This document shows, in pieces, positions 11,328 through 20,286 of a stretch of DNA of 64,000 nt (positions are counted from its first letter, which is position 1; each line of letters opens with the position of its first letter). The translations under genes were made by a program, and so were the position numbers. The DNA comes from an uncultured Desulfarculus sp. (GTDB lineage Bacteria > Desulfobacterota > Desulfarculia > Desulfarculales > Desulfarculaceae): contig CAXXUK010000002.1 of assembly GCA_963665125.2 (NCBI GenBank), positions 32,001 through 96,000 of the forward strand, given 5' to 3'. Below the pieces are notes generated by a model. It saw only the letters and a program-made list of their open reading frames with translations, had not been told where the DNA came from and did not search any database.

Positions 11328-12143
11328 TCAACGCACCGCCCAGATGGTGAACCAGGTGAAATCCGCCTCCCGGCGCTGGATTACGCGGTAGCCCAGCACC
11401 TTGAGCCGGTCTTCCAACAGGCCCACGAAACTGCGCATGATGCCCGAGAGAATCAGGTCTGACTTGCCCTGGAGCTTGGCCGGGTCGGCCAGGATTTTTT
11501 CCTGGACCTGCCAATGCAGGTTTGACAGCACCACCGAGGCCGGCAGGTGGATGAAATCCTGGGCCTGGCCTTCGTGGGCGGTGATGTCGAGATTGTTGAG
11601 AGCGGCGTTGTCGGCGGTGGTGCTCACGCAAAGGGGGTTCAGGTCCACCGCGTCCACGGCGGATGCGCCCCAGGCGGCGGCGGCCATGGCCAGGATGCCC
11701 GTACCGCAGCCCAGGTCCAGCACATGGCCCAAGGGGCCTTGTTTGCACCGCAGATCCAACAGTTCGAGGCAGTGTTGGGTGGTGGGGTGCAGGCCCGAGC
11801 CGAAAACCAGGCCCGGGTCCAGGCGCAGGTGTTTGGCTCCCGGTGGGGCCCGGTAATCGCTCCAGGCCGGGGCGATATGCAGGTCGCCGGCGATGACCGG
11901 CTCCAGAGATTGGCCGCCCTGCCATTGCTCATAGGTGAGATTGTGCTGGTTTAAAAGGCGCAACTCGCCGTCCTTGGCCAGTATGGTTGTCACCACCTGG
12001 TCCGAGGGACGGTCGAAAAACACGAAACTGGTGTCGGCCTCCAACCAAAGGCCGAGAAAACCCGGTCCCGCGCTTTGGCAGGCCTGGCGGGCGTCACCGG
12101 CTATTTCGTAGATGAACAGATCGTCGTATGGAGCCTTGGTCAT
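11328..12143 (-). CDS. prmA: PrmA-like ribosomal protein L11 methyltransferase
   Basis: LDPGLVFGSGLHPTT and SAM-binding VLDLGCGTGILA. Confidence 0.8.
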   Translation of the reverse strand: MTKAPYDDLFIYEIAGDARQACQSAGPGFLGLWLEADTSFVFFDRPSDQVVTTILAKDGELRLLNQHNLTYEQWQGGQSLEPVIAGDLHIAPAWSDYRAPPGAKHLRLDPGLVFGSGLHPTTQHCLELLDLRCKQGPLGHVLDLGCGTGILAMAAAAWGASAVDAVDLNPLCVSTTADNAALNNLDITAHEGQAQDFIHLPASVVLSNLHWQVQEKILADPAKLQGKSDLILSGIMRSFVGLLEDRLKVLGYRVIQRREADFTWFTIWAVR

Positions 12144-12209
12144 TCGCTGCCCGGTATGCCGCCTCCGCTGGCCCGGCTGTTCAGGCCGACGGAGGCGTTT
12201 ATAGTAAGC

Positions 12210-12422
12210 CTAGGATTCAAGCAGGAATATGACTTCAAGCCTGACGCGGTATTCAAAGATGTTGTTGTCTGAAACGGCCACTCGCTGTTCGGTGACCTTC
12301 ATGCCGGTGATGTCGCGCAGGGTGCGGGCGGCCCGCTCAAAGCCAACTTTGATGGCGTCATCAAAGCTGATTGGAGATGCGGCGATGATTTCAGTGACTC
12401 TCGCAACTCGTTTTTCTGCCAT
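12210..12422 (-). CDS. dodecin family flavin-binding protein
   Basis: 70 aa; EIIAASPISFDDAI...RAARTLRDI...EYRVRLEVIF pattern. Confidence 0.85.
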   Translation of the reverse strand: MAEKRVARVTEIIAASPISFDDAIKVGFERAARTLRDITGMKVTEQRVAVSDNNIFEYRVRLEVIFLLES

Positions 12423-12623
12423 TTTTCAATACCTCCGCCGCGCCGGGGCAATGGCGCGGTGTGATAATTTTTGTAGTCTTTATAATCCCTTAAATGCCGG
12501 ATAGAGCCAACAAACCCTAGGCATTATCCGCCATGCTAGCATATGGTTTAAGCGGTACTCAAGATTAACCGGAGATGCACTTGTGAACAAAGGCAGCCAT
12601 TTGTGCTGAATTTAACTTTATCC

Positions 12624-12652
12624 TTGACACCAAATAGACAGAGAGCTAAAAA
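12624..12652 (+). promoter_or_regulatory. putative sigma70 promoter of the Fo operon
   Basis: TTGACA-17 nt-TAAAAA upstream of the first atp gene. Confidence 0.45.
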
Positions 12653-12693
12653 GACCTGTCAGCCCGCCAGAACCTAGAAGTTTTTGGGCTGCA

Positions 12694-12963
12694 ATGGCGG
12701 ACGGCATGATTGGCAAGCCACCCAAAGAAATGTGGGATCACTTGGCCCTAACAATGCAGGTCGGTTTGACCTTCGCAGGGTCGGTGCTCTTTTGCTTTGC
12801 TATCGGCTACTGGTTGGACCGGTGGCTGGGTACCAAAGGTGTGTTCATAACGGTTTTTCTGTTATTGGGCATAGCGGGTGGAGCCTACACCGCATATCGG
12901 CAGATAATGGAGTTGGTACCTCCCAGCTCCGAGGATGGGGATGGAAAACCAGCCGATGATTGA
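12694..12963 (+). CDS. AtpZ/AtpI-family (ATPase gene 1) small membrane protein
   Basis: Two TM segments, GYWLDRWLGT motif; first gene before atpB. Confidence 0.88.
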   Translation: MADGMIGKPPKEMWDHLALTMQVGLTFAGSVLFCFAIGYWLDRWLGTKGVFITVFLLLGIAGGAYTAYRQIMELVPPSSEDGDGKPADD

Positions 12964-13351
12964 GGCGACTCCCATGGAGTTTGCCAAAACCGTGATTAAG
13001 CATGCGCTGTTTTACACCCTTGCCGTTGCTGCGGTTTTGCTGTTTTGCGGCAAGCCTTCCTGGGCCAGAGGCCTGGGCTTGGGTGGACTGGCATCGGGGA
13101 TCAACTTTCTGGCCATGAGCTTGTTGCTGCCGCGGGCAGTGCTTACCGGCGGACGCTCGGGTCAGGGATGGGGCGCACTCTCACTGGGACTTCGTCTTGT
13201 GCTCATGGGGGTGGCCTTTGGGGTTGCCCTGGCAATGCCACAGCGGTTTGCTCCGGCGGCGTGCGCGGTAGGGTTGTTCGCCGTTCAGCTTACCATTTTT
13301 ATAGATCGCTTCATTGAGGGATTGAAGGCCAACACTGCGGGGAGTAACTAG
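12941..13351 (+). CDS. atpI: ATP synthase subunit I (c-ring assembly factor)
   Basis: Four hydrophobic segments, GLGLGGLASGINF, position immediately before atpB; start uncertain. Confidence 0.8.
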   Translation: MENQPMIEATPMEFAKTVIKHALFYTLAVAAVLLFCGKPSWARGLGLGGLASGINFLAMSLLLPRAVLTGGRSGQGWGALSLGLRLVLMGVAFGVALAMPQRFAPAACAVGLFAVQLTIFIDRFIEGLKANTAGSN

Positions 13352-13354
13352 AGC

Positions 13355-14026
13355 GTGGAAGATCTAAATCACGTACCCCAGTGGGTATTGGATGTCGCCG
13401 GATACCAGGTGACATTGAACTCCGAGACGATCATCATGTCATGGGTCGTCATGGCGTTCCTGATCGTGTTCGGGTTTTTATCGACCCGCAAGCTGAGCAT
13501 CCTGCCCGGTCCCTGGCAGACCGTCGGCGAGCTGATGGTCAACGCGTTCCAGGAACTGGTGAACGATGCCTTGGATGAGGGCAACCGGGGATACTTCCCC
13601 ATGATCATGACGCTGTTCATGTTCTTGATGTTGTCCAACATGTTGGGCGTCATTCCGGGGTTGTCCGAGCCCACGAAAGACCTGAACACGCCTTTGGCCT
13701 ACGGTCTATTGGGCTTTGTATGCGCCCACTACGCCGGCATCAAAACCAAAGGCATAAAGGCCTATCTCAAGGAATACTGCGAGCCGATGTTCTTCATGGC
13801 CCCGCTCAACATCATTGGCGAACTTTCAAAGGTGGTTTCGATCTCCTTCCGTCTGTTCGGCAACATCATGGGCGGCGCCATCATTATCTCGGTGGTCGGC
13901 CATCTGGTCTACCAGGTAGTTTTGCCGCCGTTCCTGAACGCATTTTTCGGCGTATTCGTCGGTACGATCCAGGCCTTCGTGTTCACCATGTTGACCCTGG
14001 TATACATTTCGGTCCAGACCAAGTAG
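13355..14026 (+). CDS. atpB: F-type ATP synthase subunit a
   Basis: PTKDLNT, PLNIIGELSK, SFRLFGN with the essential Arg, IQAFVFTMLT. Confidence 0.97.
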   Translation: MEDLNHVPQWVLDVAGYQVTLNSETIIMSWVVMAFLIVFGFLSTRKLSILPGPWQTVGELMVNAFQELVNDALDEGNRGYFPMIMTLFMFLMLSNMLGVIPGLSEPTKDLNTPLAYGLLGFVCAHYAGIKTKGIKAYLKEYCEPMFFMAPLNIIGELSKVVSISFRLFGNIMGGAIIISVVGHLVYQVVLPPFLNAFFGVFVGTIQAFVFTMLTLVYISVQTK

Positions 14027-14036
14027 GTGCCGTGAC

Positions 14037-15254
14037 ATGAGCTATAGCAGCGAAATTTGGGTTGGAGCCGCGGCTTATCTGGGCGCGGGCTTGGCCGTGG
14101 GCTTCGGCGCACTAAGCGTCGCCCTCGGTGAAGGTTACGCGGCCGGTAAGGCCGGACAGGCTATCAGCAAAAATCCCAGCATGGCCGCCCCGGTCATGAA
14201 GAACATGCTCATCGGCCAGGCCGTTGCCGAGTCGGCGGGCATCTTCGCCTTGGTCGTGGCCATGTTGCTGGCCTTCGCCGATACCACCGGCGCTGATTTG
14301 CTTCAGGCATTCGCGTACCTGGGCGCGGCCCTTTCCATGGGCCTGGCGGCCATGGGTTCGGGCTTTGGCTCTGGCCTGCCCGCGGCGGAGTGTTGCGAGG
14401 GCATTGCCGACAACCCCGAAGTGCAGGGCGGCTTGGCCACCAACATGCTCATTGGTTCGGCTATGTGCCAGACGCCGGCCATCTTCGGCATGGTCGTGTC
14501 CTTTATCCTTATATTCTTCGATACGTCCGGAATGGACCTGTGGCCCAGCTGGGCCGCTATTTTGGGCGCCGGCCTGGGCATGGGCCTTTCGGCCATCGGT
14601 TCGGGCCTCGGCTCGGGCATGCCGGCCGGAGCTGCCACCCAGGGCATCGCCAGGCAGCCGATGGCGGCGTCGGGCCTGCGCACCAATATGCTTATCGGCT
14701 CTGCCGTCAGCCAGACCCCGGCCATCTTCGGCATGGTGGTGTCTTTCCTGTTGCTGTACATGGACTGGAGTTCCTTGCCGGCCTGGCCTGGCTGGGCGTT
14801 TTTGCTTGGCGCGGCCGTGTCCGTCGGCCTTGGCGCCTTTGGCCCGGGCATCGGCAACGGCATGATCGCGGCCAACGCGGCCGCAGGCATCGCCCGTATG
14901 CCCGATACCCAAAGAACGATGACCCCGGCCATGCTCATCGGCATGACCGTGAGCCAGTCGACTGTCATCTACGCCTTTTTGGTGTCGCTCATTCTGCTGG
15001 TCACGCCCGTACAGGCCAGCGACACCATAGTGTCGTGGATGATACCCTTGGCCGCGTCCTTGTGCATGGGCCTTGGAGCCATAGGCCCAGGTATCGGCGA
15101 AGGCTTTGTGGGTGCTTGCACCGTCACCAGAATCTCGCGTGGAATGGAAAACGCGGGCATGCTAACCAGGATTATGCTGGTCGGTATGGCCGTTACGGAA
15201 TCAACGGCGATCTATTCGCTGATCGTCGCTCTGGTTCTCTTATACGTAGTTTAA
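14037..15254 (+). CDS. penta-repeat ATP synthase c subunit (five fused hairpins, about 10 TM)
   Basis: Five ~81-aa c-subunit repeats; ion-site residue pairs E32/E65, S112/Q145, S193/Q226, N274/Q307, E355/E388. Confidence 0.93.
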   Translation: MSYSSEIWVGAAAYLGAGLAVGFGALSVALGEGYAAGKAGQAISKNPSMAAPVMKNMLIGQAVAESAGIFALVVAMLLAFADTTGADLLQAFAYLGAALSMGLAAMGSGFGSGLPAAECCEGIADNPEVQGGLATNMLIGSAMCQTPAIFGMVVSFILIFFDTSGMDLWPSWAAILGAGLGMGLSAIGSGLGSGMPAGAATQGIARQPMAASGLRTNMLIGSAVSQTPAIFGMVVSFLLLYMDWSSLPAWPGWAFLLGAAVSVGLGAFGPGIGNGMIAANAAAGIARMPDTQRTMTPAMLIGMTVSQSTVIYAFLVSLILLVTPVQASDTIVSWMIPLAASLCMGLGAIGPGIGEGFVGACTVTRISRGMENAGMLTRIMLVGMAVTESTAIYSLIVALVLLYVV

Positions 15255-15325
15255 CTAAAACCAAACTTTGTGAACACGGCGGGTTGTAATGGAATGGCCC
15301 GTCAATCAGACAAGGAGACAACGAA

Positions 15326-15574
15326 ATGGCCATCGAAGGTGCTGATCTGATTCGTGCCACCGCTCTGATGGGCGCTGGTCTGGCCATGGGCATTGGCGCT
15401 ATTGGGCCGGCAGTAGGTGAAGGTTTTGCCGCGGGCAAGGCTATTGAAGCCATTGGCCGTAACCCGAAAGAAGCCGGTCTGCTGACCCGTACCATGCTGG
15501 TCGGTCAGGCGGTTACCGAGTCCACCGGTATTTACTCTTTGGTCGTGGCCCTCCTGCTGCTGTTCGTCGTTTAA
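15326..15574 (+). CDS. atpE: F-type ATP synthase subunit c with Na+-binding signature
   Basis: 82 aa; RNP loop; E32, E65, S66, T67, Y70; AAGGAG RBS. Confidence 0.97.
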   Translation: MAIEGADLIRATALMGAGLAMGIGAIGPAVGEGFAAGKAIEAIGRNPKEAGLLTRTMLVGQAVTESTGIYSLVVALLLLFVV

Positions 15575-15599
15575 GCGGGGGCCGAGGCAGTAGCGGCTC

Positions 15600-16028
15600 A
15601 TGATTAGCCTAAACGCAACAATTATTGTTCAGATCATCAACCTCTTGGTGCTGATCGCGATCCTCAACCGGATAATGTTCCGGCCGCTTAAGAGCATGCT
15701 CGCCAAGCGGAACGAGGCGGTCCAGGGTGGATTGGCCGAGGCCAAGGCAGCCACGGAAAAGGCTTCCGGTCGCAAGGACGAGTACACCCACAATCGCAAC
15801 AAGGGCCGGGCCGATATTCACAAGCGGCTGCACGCCCTGCGCGAGGAGACCGAGGAAAAAGCAACGAAGTTGATTTCTGAGACTCAGGACAAGGCTCGCG
15901 AGGACTACCGCGTGTTCGTCGATAAGGTCGAGGCCGAAATGGTCAAGGCCCGCGAGGAAATCAAGGCGGAAGCCGAAGCCGTGGCCCGTTCCATGGCTAG
16001 TCTGGTCTTGGGCAGGGAGGTATCGTGA
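15600..16028 (+). CDS. atpF: ATP synthase subunit b'
   Basis: N-terminal TM helix NATIIVQIINLLVLIAILNRIMFRPL followed by a charged coiled coil. Confidence 0.9.
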   Translation: MISLNATIIVQIINLLVLIAILNRIMFRPLKSMLAKRNEAVQGGLAEAKAATEKASGRKDEYTHNRNKGRADIHKRLHALREETEEKATKLISETQDKAREDYRVFVDKVEAEMVKAREEIKAEAEAVARSMASLVLGREVS

Positions 16029-16603
16029 AAAGATACCATTGGATATGCCTGGCGGTAGTGTTGGCGGTTGTACTGCTGGCTGTTCCGGCTTGGGCAGCCG
16101 AGGAACTGCCCGAATGGCGTAAGACGTGGGACATGGTCTGGCGGGTGCTCAACTTCCTCATCCTAGCCGGTTTGATTGTCAAGTTTGGCCGTCAACCAAT
16201 GAAGGCTTTCCTGGCCGGGCAGCGTGATTCGCTGGCCGAGAAAATTCAGGAAATGGAAGAGGCCAAAGCCGAGGCCGAGGCGGATCTCAAGGAAATTGAG
16301 TCCCGTATTGCCGGCCTGACGGACGAGTTGAGCAAGTTCGAGGAAACGGTGGCCTCTCAGGCCGCCAAGGACCGCGAGGATATCATGGCTTCGGCCGAGT
16401 TCGAGGCAAAGGTCATCCTTGAGAGAACGACGCGCCAGTCCGAAATGGCCCTTGAGCAGGCCCGCAAAGACATGACCGCCGAACTGGTCGAAATGGCAGG
16501 TACCGACGCGGTTGAAATGGTTCAGGCAGCGATAAACTCGGACGATCTCAGCAGGCTGGTTTCCGAATTTAGCAGCCAGGTGATGGCCAAGAGCGCTGCT
16601 TAG
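16025..16603 (+). CDS. atpF: ATP synthase subunit b
   Basis: Signal-like N-terminal extension, WRVLNFLILAGLIVKF TM, coiled coil; GTGA overlap with b'. Confidence 0.9.
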   Translation: MKRYHWICLAVVLAVVLLAVPAWAAEELPEWRKTWDMVWRVLNFLILAGLIVKFGRQPMKAFLAGQRDSLAEKIQEMEEAKAEAEADLKEIESRIAGLTDELSKFEETVASQAAKDREDIMASAEFEAKVILERTTRQSEMALEQARKDMTAELVEMAGTDAVEMVQAAINSDDLSRLVSEFSSQVMAKSAA

Positions 16604-16669
16604 CGGCCGCACAAGGTGAGTCATTCAGGCCCGGAACGGACCGGAATGAAAACTCGTGAAAGGAGTGCC

Positions 16670-17278
16670 ATGGCTGTCATCACCATTAGCAAGGAATTTG
16701 CTTCGGGCGGGGTGACGTTGGCCCATGATTTGGCCAAGAAGCTCAACTACAGACTAGTGGGGCGGAGCGTCTTGGCCGAGCTGTCTCGCCGCTTGGGAAT
16801 GAGCGAGGCCGAGGTTGAGCTTCTGAAAAGGGGCAAGGACACCCGCTGGATCAGAATGGTGGACAATTATCTGTTGCACACCGTGCGCCGTATGAGCCAG
16901 CAGCCCGATGCCGCACTGGATGACAAGCAGTATTTCCAGGCAGTGCAAAAGCTGATCAGCGATGTGGCCTCCGAGGGAGATTTGATTACCATCGGCTGGG
17001 GCGCCCAGTTCATTCTGATGGGCACGCCGGGTGTCACCAACATCCGCGTAATCGCACCGCTGGAGGACCGGGGGCTGCGCCTGCACAAGGACCGGGGCAT
17101 TCCGGTTGAACAGGCGGTAAAGGAGTGCGAACGCCAGGACGGTTATTCCCAGTCTTATATCAAGAACTACCTGGGCAGTGACTGGGCGGATCCCCATAAT
17201 TACCATATGGTCGTCAATATGGGGGCTTTGGGTTTTGACTTTGAGAAGGCCGTTACCGCGGTGAAGTCGGTCCTGTAA
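16670..17278 (+). CDS. cytidylate kinase-like family protein
   Basis: VITISKEFASGG, IGWGAQF, APLEDR, WADPHNYHMVVN; AAAGGAG RBS. Confidence 0.85.
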   Translation: MAVITISKEFASGGVTLAHDLAKKLNYRLVGRSVLAELSRRLGMSEAEVELLKRGKDTRWIRMVDNYLLHTVRRMSQQPDAALDDKQYFQAVQKLISDVASEGDLITIGWGAQFILMGTPGVTNIRVIAPLEDRGLRLHKDRGIPVEQAVKECERQDGYSQSYIKNYLGSDWADPHNYHMVVNMGALGFDFEKAVTAVKSVL

Positions 17279-17295
17279 TATAAAATATTTATTTT

Positions 17296-17328
17296 AAAAG
17301 CGGAGTGCCGTTCGGCGCTCCGCTTTTT
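17296..17328 (+). terminator. intrinsic terminator closing the Fo operon
   Basis: AAAAGCGGAGTGCCG-TT-CGGCGCTCCGC-TTTTT. Confidence 0.85.
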
Positions 17329-17424
17329 GTTTATGCAATCTTTCGAGATAGCCTTAAGTAACAAGTTGTTCCCTGGGATGTAATTTTGGAAGTAGAAAAA
17401 ATCGCCAAAAATTAGGAGAAAAGT

Positions 17425-17452
17425 TTGATGTTTTCACATCTGTGCCTATAAT
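17425..17452 (+). promoter_or_regulatory. putative sigma70 promoter of the PEP-CTERM gene
   Basis: TTGATG-16 nt-TATAAT in an AT-rich intergenic region. Confidence 0.5.
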
Positions 17453-17516
17453 ATACGTATTAGTAAGACGTATTCATATGTCACAATTTTATAGGCATAA
17501 GAAATGAGGTTGCACC

Positions 17517-18395
17517 ATGGCCTACGCAGCAAATAGAACGTCAAGATTCCTCATGGCGATGCTGGTGTCGGTCTTATTGGCGGCTTCACCCGCAGCGGCC
17601 AGCACCATTGTCATCGATGGCAAATACGACGCAAATGAAGGGTATGCCCAATCATATTCGCTACCGTTCTATGCCAGCAACGGTGAAGTATATTACGGAT
17701 CAATGTATACGGCCGTTGAATCGGGGACAAACAATCTGGCAATTGCCATAGTTCTGCCCTTACAGATCAACGACACGAGCTATGGTTCCACTTCCATGGC
17801 CGCCCCGTTTTATTGGCCGGGCAAGGGCCGCAAGTTTGACCAAATCGTGGGCTCCGACCATATCGGCTTGACCATCACCAGCACAACCGGCGATGTGCTC
17901 ATCGATGCCCTTGTGGACAACCTGGCCAAGTACGAAATGAAGGACGGCAGCGTTGAGTATCACTCCACCGGCGTGACCAACGGCAGTCCTTATCCAAGCG
18001 ATGTCTACAAGGTACGCCAGGGTGACGGCCAGATGCTTGTGGGCGACGCTTCATCGGTGCTCGCTTCCAAGACATCACTGGATTACAACTACAATGTAGT
18101 GGGCTACACCAATACCACCAATTCGCCGACACCCGGTTCGGTCAGCGGTTATATTGACCAGATGATCTACGAGATTCTCATTGACGGCGACGCCCTAACG
18201 GATGAAAACGGCAACTTCATCTTCGGCGGAGCGGCCATGACTCTGGCCCACCTTTCACCTGAAAAGATCGGCCTGGATCATATCGGACCGCCTACGCCCG
18301 ATCCTCCGAGTGGAGAGACACCCGAACCCGGCACAATGCTCCTTTTGGGCAGCGCCTTCATGGGGTTCGGCTTGCGCAGGTTCTGGCGCCGGTAG
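17517..18395 (+). CDS. PEP-CTERM sorting domain surface protein
   Basis: Signal peptide; Pro-rich linker; C-terminal TPEPGTMLLLGSAFMGFGLRRFWRR. Confidence 0.93.
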   Translation: MAYAANRTSRFLMAMLVSVLLAASPAAASTIVIDGKYDANEGYAQSYSLPFYASNGEVYYGSMYTAVESGTNNLAIAIVLPLQINDTSYGSTSMAAPFYWPGKGRKFDQIVGSDHIGLTITSTTGDVLIDALVDNLAKYEMKDGSVEYHSTGVTNGSPYPSDVYKVRQGDGQMLVGDASSVLASKTSLDYNYNVVGYTNTTNSPTPGSVSGYIDQMIYEILIDGDALTDENGNFIFGGAAMTLAHLSPEKIGLDHIGPPTPDPPSGETPEPGTMLLLGSAFMGFGLRRFWRR

Positions 18396-18415
18396 ACACG
18401 CTAAAGATAAAAAAC

Positions 18416-18450
18416 AAGCCCTGCCGCTGAGAGGCGGCGGGGCTTTTTTT
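18416..18450 (+). terminator. intrinsic terminator
   Basis: AAGCCCTGCCGC-loop-GCGGCGGGGCTT followed by a T tract. Confidence 0.85.
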
Positions 18451-18560
18451 GCCATTAAGGAATGCCCTAAAAAATAAGTGCATTTTCCATGGCTAAATCG
18501 CTACAATTTTAATATGTAATAAGGTTTGGTTGGCTTTTAACAAAACTTGGGAGAAGACCC

Positions 18561-19004
18561 ATGTTTGAAAGAAAAATCGTATATTTGGCCATGGCAATGC
18601 TGGTGATGTTGATTGGCACGCCGGCTCTGGCTGAAGAGGCCCCCACGCCCGATGACCTGAACACGTACAACACGGAAGTAAATCAGTACCAGCAAGAGCT
18701 GAATAATTTTTTCAACAGCATGTTCGTTCGCGCACCAAGCGGAGCCGAACTGACGGTGTTTGAGCAGAATTTCAGCGTGAGCAAAAAAAGCAGCAGCTTG
18801 ACAAGGGCCTTCCGTCGGGCCAAGGACGAACTCAACGCCCAGGTTCAGGCATGGACCAACAGCATAGCTGCCCAGGGATACGCGCCGGTGGATGACCCCG
18901 CGCCGATAATGGAGATGCAACACAAATGGGGAATTAGCGGATTTAAGTTTTACGTGCGCCTAAAGTTGCACGCCAAGATTTGGACCGTGAAGATGCCCCA
19001 GTGA
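18561..19004 (+). CDS. hypothetical secreted protein
   Basis: GGGAGA RBS; signal peptide ending TPALA; converges on hemA. Confidence 0.75.
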   Translation: MFERKIVYLAMAMLVMLIGTPALAEEAPTPDDLNTYNTEVNQYQQELNNFFNSMFVRAPSGAELTVFEQNFSVSKKSSSLTRAFRRAKDELNAQVQAWTNSIAAQGYAPVDDPAPIMEMQHKWGISGFKFYVRLKLHAKIWTVKMPQ

Positions 19005-19005
19005 T

Positions 19006-20286
19006 TCAGCTGTCCTGGTCTTCTTCGCTCAAACCAAAGACCCGCTTGATAAGGGCGATCTGATTGCGCCTGGTCTCGGCCGAGGCATGACCCTGGCCCT
19101 TTAAAAAGAGAATCGGATCGTGCAGCAACTTTTTGGTCAGGGCCCTGGTCAGTCGGTCCACGGCCTGGGCCTGGTCAGGGGTTAGCCCGGCGCTGCGTAG
19201 GGTATAGTCTATCTCGGCCTGGCGGATGGCTTCGGCCTTGGTCGATAGCGAGGCGATGGTCGGGGCAACGGATAGCCCCTTGAGCCATTGGCGGAACTTG
19301 ACCACCTCTTCGGCCACGATTAGCTCGGCCTGGGAGGCCTCTTCGGTGCGGTTGGCCCGGTTCTGCTCCACCACCTGGGTCAGGTCGTCGATATCATAGA
19401 CAAAGCAGTTTGATATCTGGGCCACGGCCGGGTCCACGTCCCTGGGCACGGCTATATCTATGAAAAAGATAGGCTTGTGGCGGCGTTTTTTCATCGCCGT
19501 CTTGGCCAAGGCCTTGGTCACCACCGGTTCGGTGGCTCCGGTGGAGGTGATGACGATATCGGCCTCGGCAAGGCAGGCGTCAAGAGTTTCCATGGTCCGG
19601 GCCTTGCCGCCGAAACGCCTGGACAGTTCCACGGCCCGCTCCAGGGTGCGGTTGGCCACGGTTATGGAGGCCGCGCCGCCGCCCAACAGGTGTTCTGCTG
19701 CCAGTTCGGCCATCTCGCCGGCGCCTATCAATAGGGCGTGCAGGCCGTCAAGCTGGTCGAAGATCTTTTTGGCCAGCTGCACAGCGGCATAGGGCACGCT
19801 GACCGCCGCCCCGCCGATATTGGTCTCGCTGCGCACCCGCTTGGCTACCCGGAAGGTGGTGTGCAGCAGTCGGTTCAGGACCGCCCGGCAGGCCCCGGCC
19901 TGGGTGGCCAGGCGGAAAGACTCTTTGATCTGGCCCAGGATCTGGGGCTCGCCCACCACAAGGGAATCAAGGCTGCTGGCCACGCGGAACATGTGGCGCA
20001 CGGCGTCGTCATCGTGGTGGATGTACAAAGACCTTTCCAGGGCGGTGGGGTCAAACTTGCGCCCGCCGGTGAGGACCTGGGGCAGCAGCCTGTTGGTCTC
20101 CGGGCTGTCGGCGGCGGCCAGAAGCTCGACCCTGTTGCAGGTGGAAACCAGCATGACCTCGTTAACACCAGGCAGTTCCAAGGCGTTTTTGAGCATGGGG
20201 CCGATGTCCTGGGCCCCGGCGGCCAGGCATTCGCGCAGCTCCACCGGCGCGGTCTTGTGGTTTATGCCGACCAGGATGAGGTTCAC
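19006..20286 (-). CDS. hemA: glutamyl-tRNA reductase
   Basis: GINHKTAPVELRE, STCNRVE, SLVVGEPQILGQ, IGAGEMA, DIAVPRD; GTG start overlapping the ccsA stop. Confidence 0.97.
   Translation of the reverse strand: MNLILVGINHKTAPVELRECLAAGAQDIGPMLKNALELPGVNEVMLVSTCNRVELLAAADSPETNRLLPQVLTGGRKFDPTALERSLYIHHDDDAVRHMFRVASSLDSLVVGEPQILGQIKESFRLATQAGACRAVLNRLLHTTFRVAKRVRSETNIGGAAVSVPYAAVQLAKKIFDQLDGLHALLIGAGEMAELAAEHLLGGGAASITVANRTLERAVELSRRFGGKARTMETLDACLAEADIVITSTGATEPVVTKALAKTAMKKRRHKPIFFIDIAVPRDVDPAVAQISNCFVYDIDDLTQVVEQNRANRTEEASQAELIVAEEVVKFRQWLKGLSVAPTIASLSTKAEAIRQAEIDYTLRSAGLTPDQAQAVDRLTRALTKKLLHDPILFLKGQGHASAETRRNQIALIKRVFGLSEEDQDS

Noticed and set aside
12581..12618. TTGTGAA / TTGTGCT...TTAACTT resembling Rex operator half-sites before the Fo promoter
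   Set aside because: Too poor a match to TTGTGAA-N4-TTCACAA to call without a position-weight-matrix scan.
12694..16603. Interpretation as an N-ATPase operon
   Set aside because: The c subunit has the two-Glu Na+ motif, but the atpD-atpC lead-in, atpA/atpG and the N-ATPase gene order are absent.
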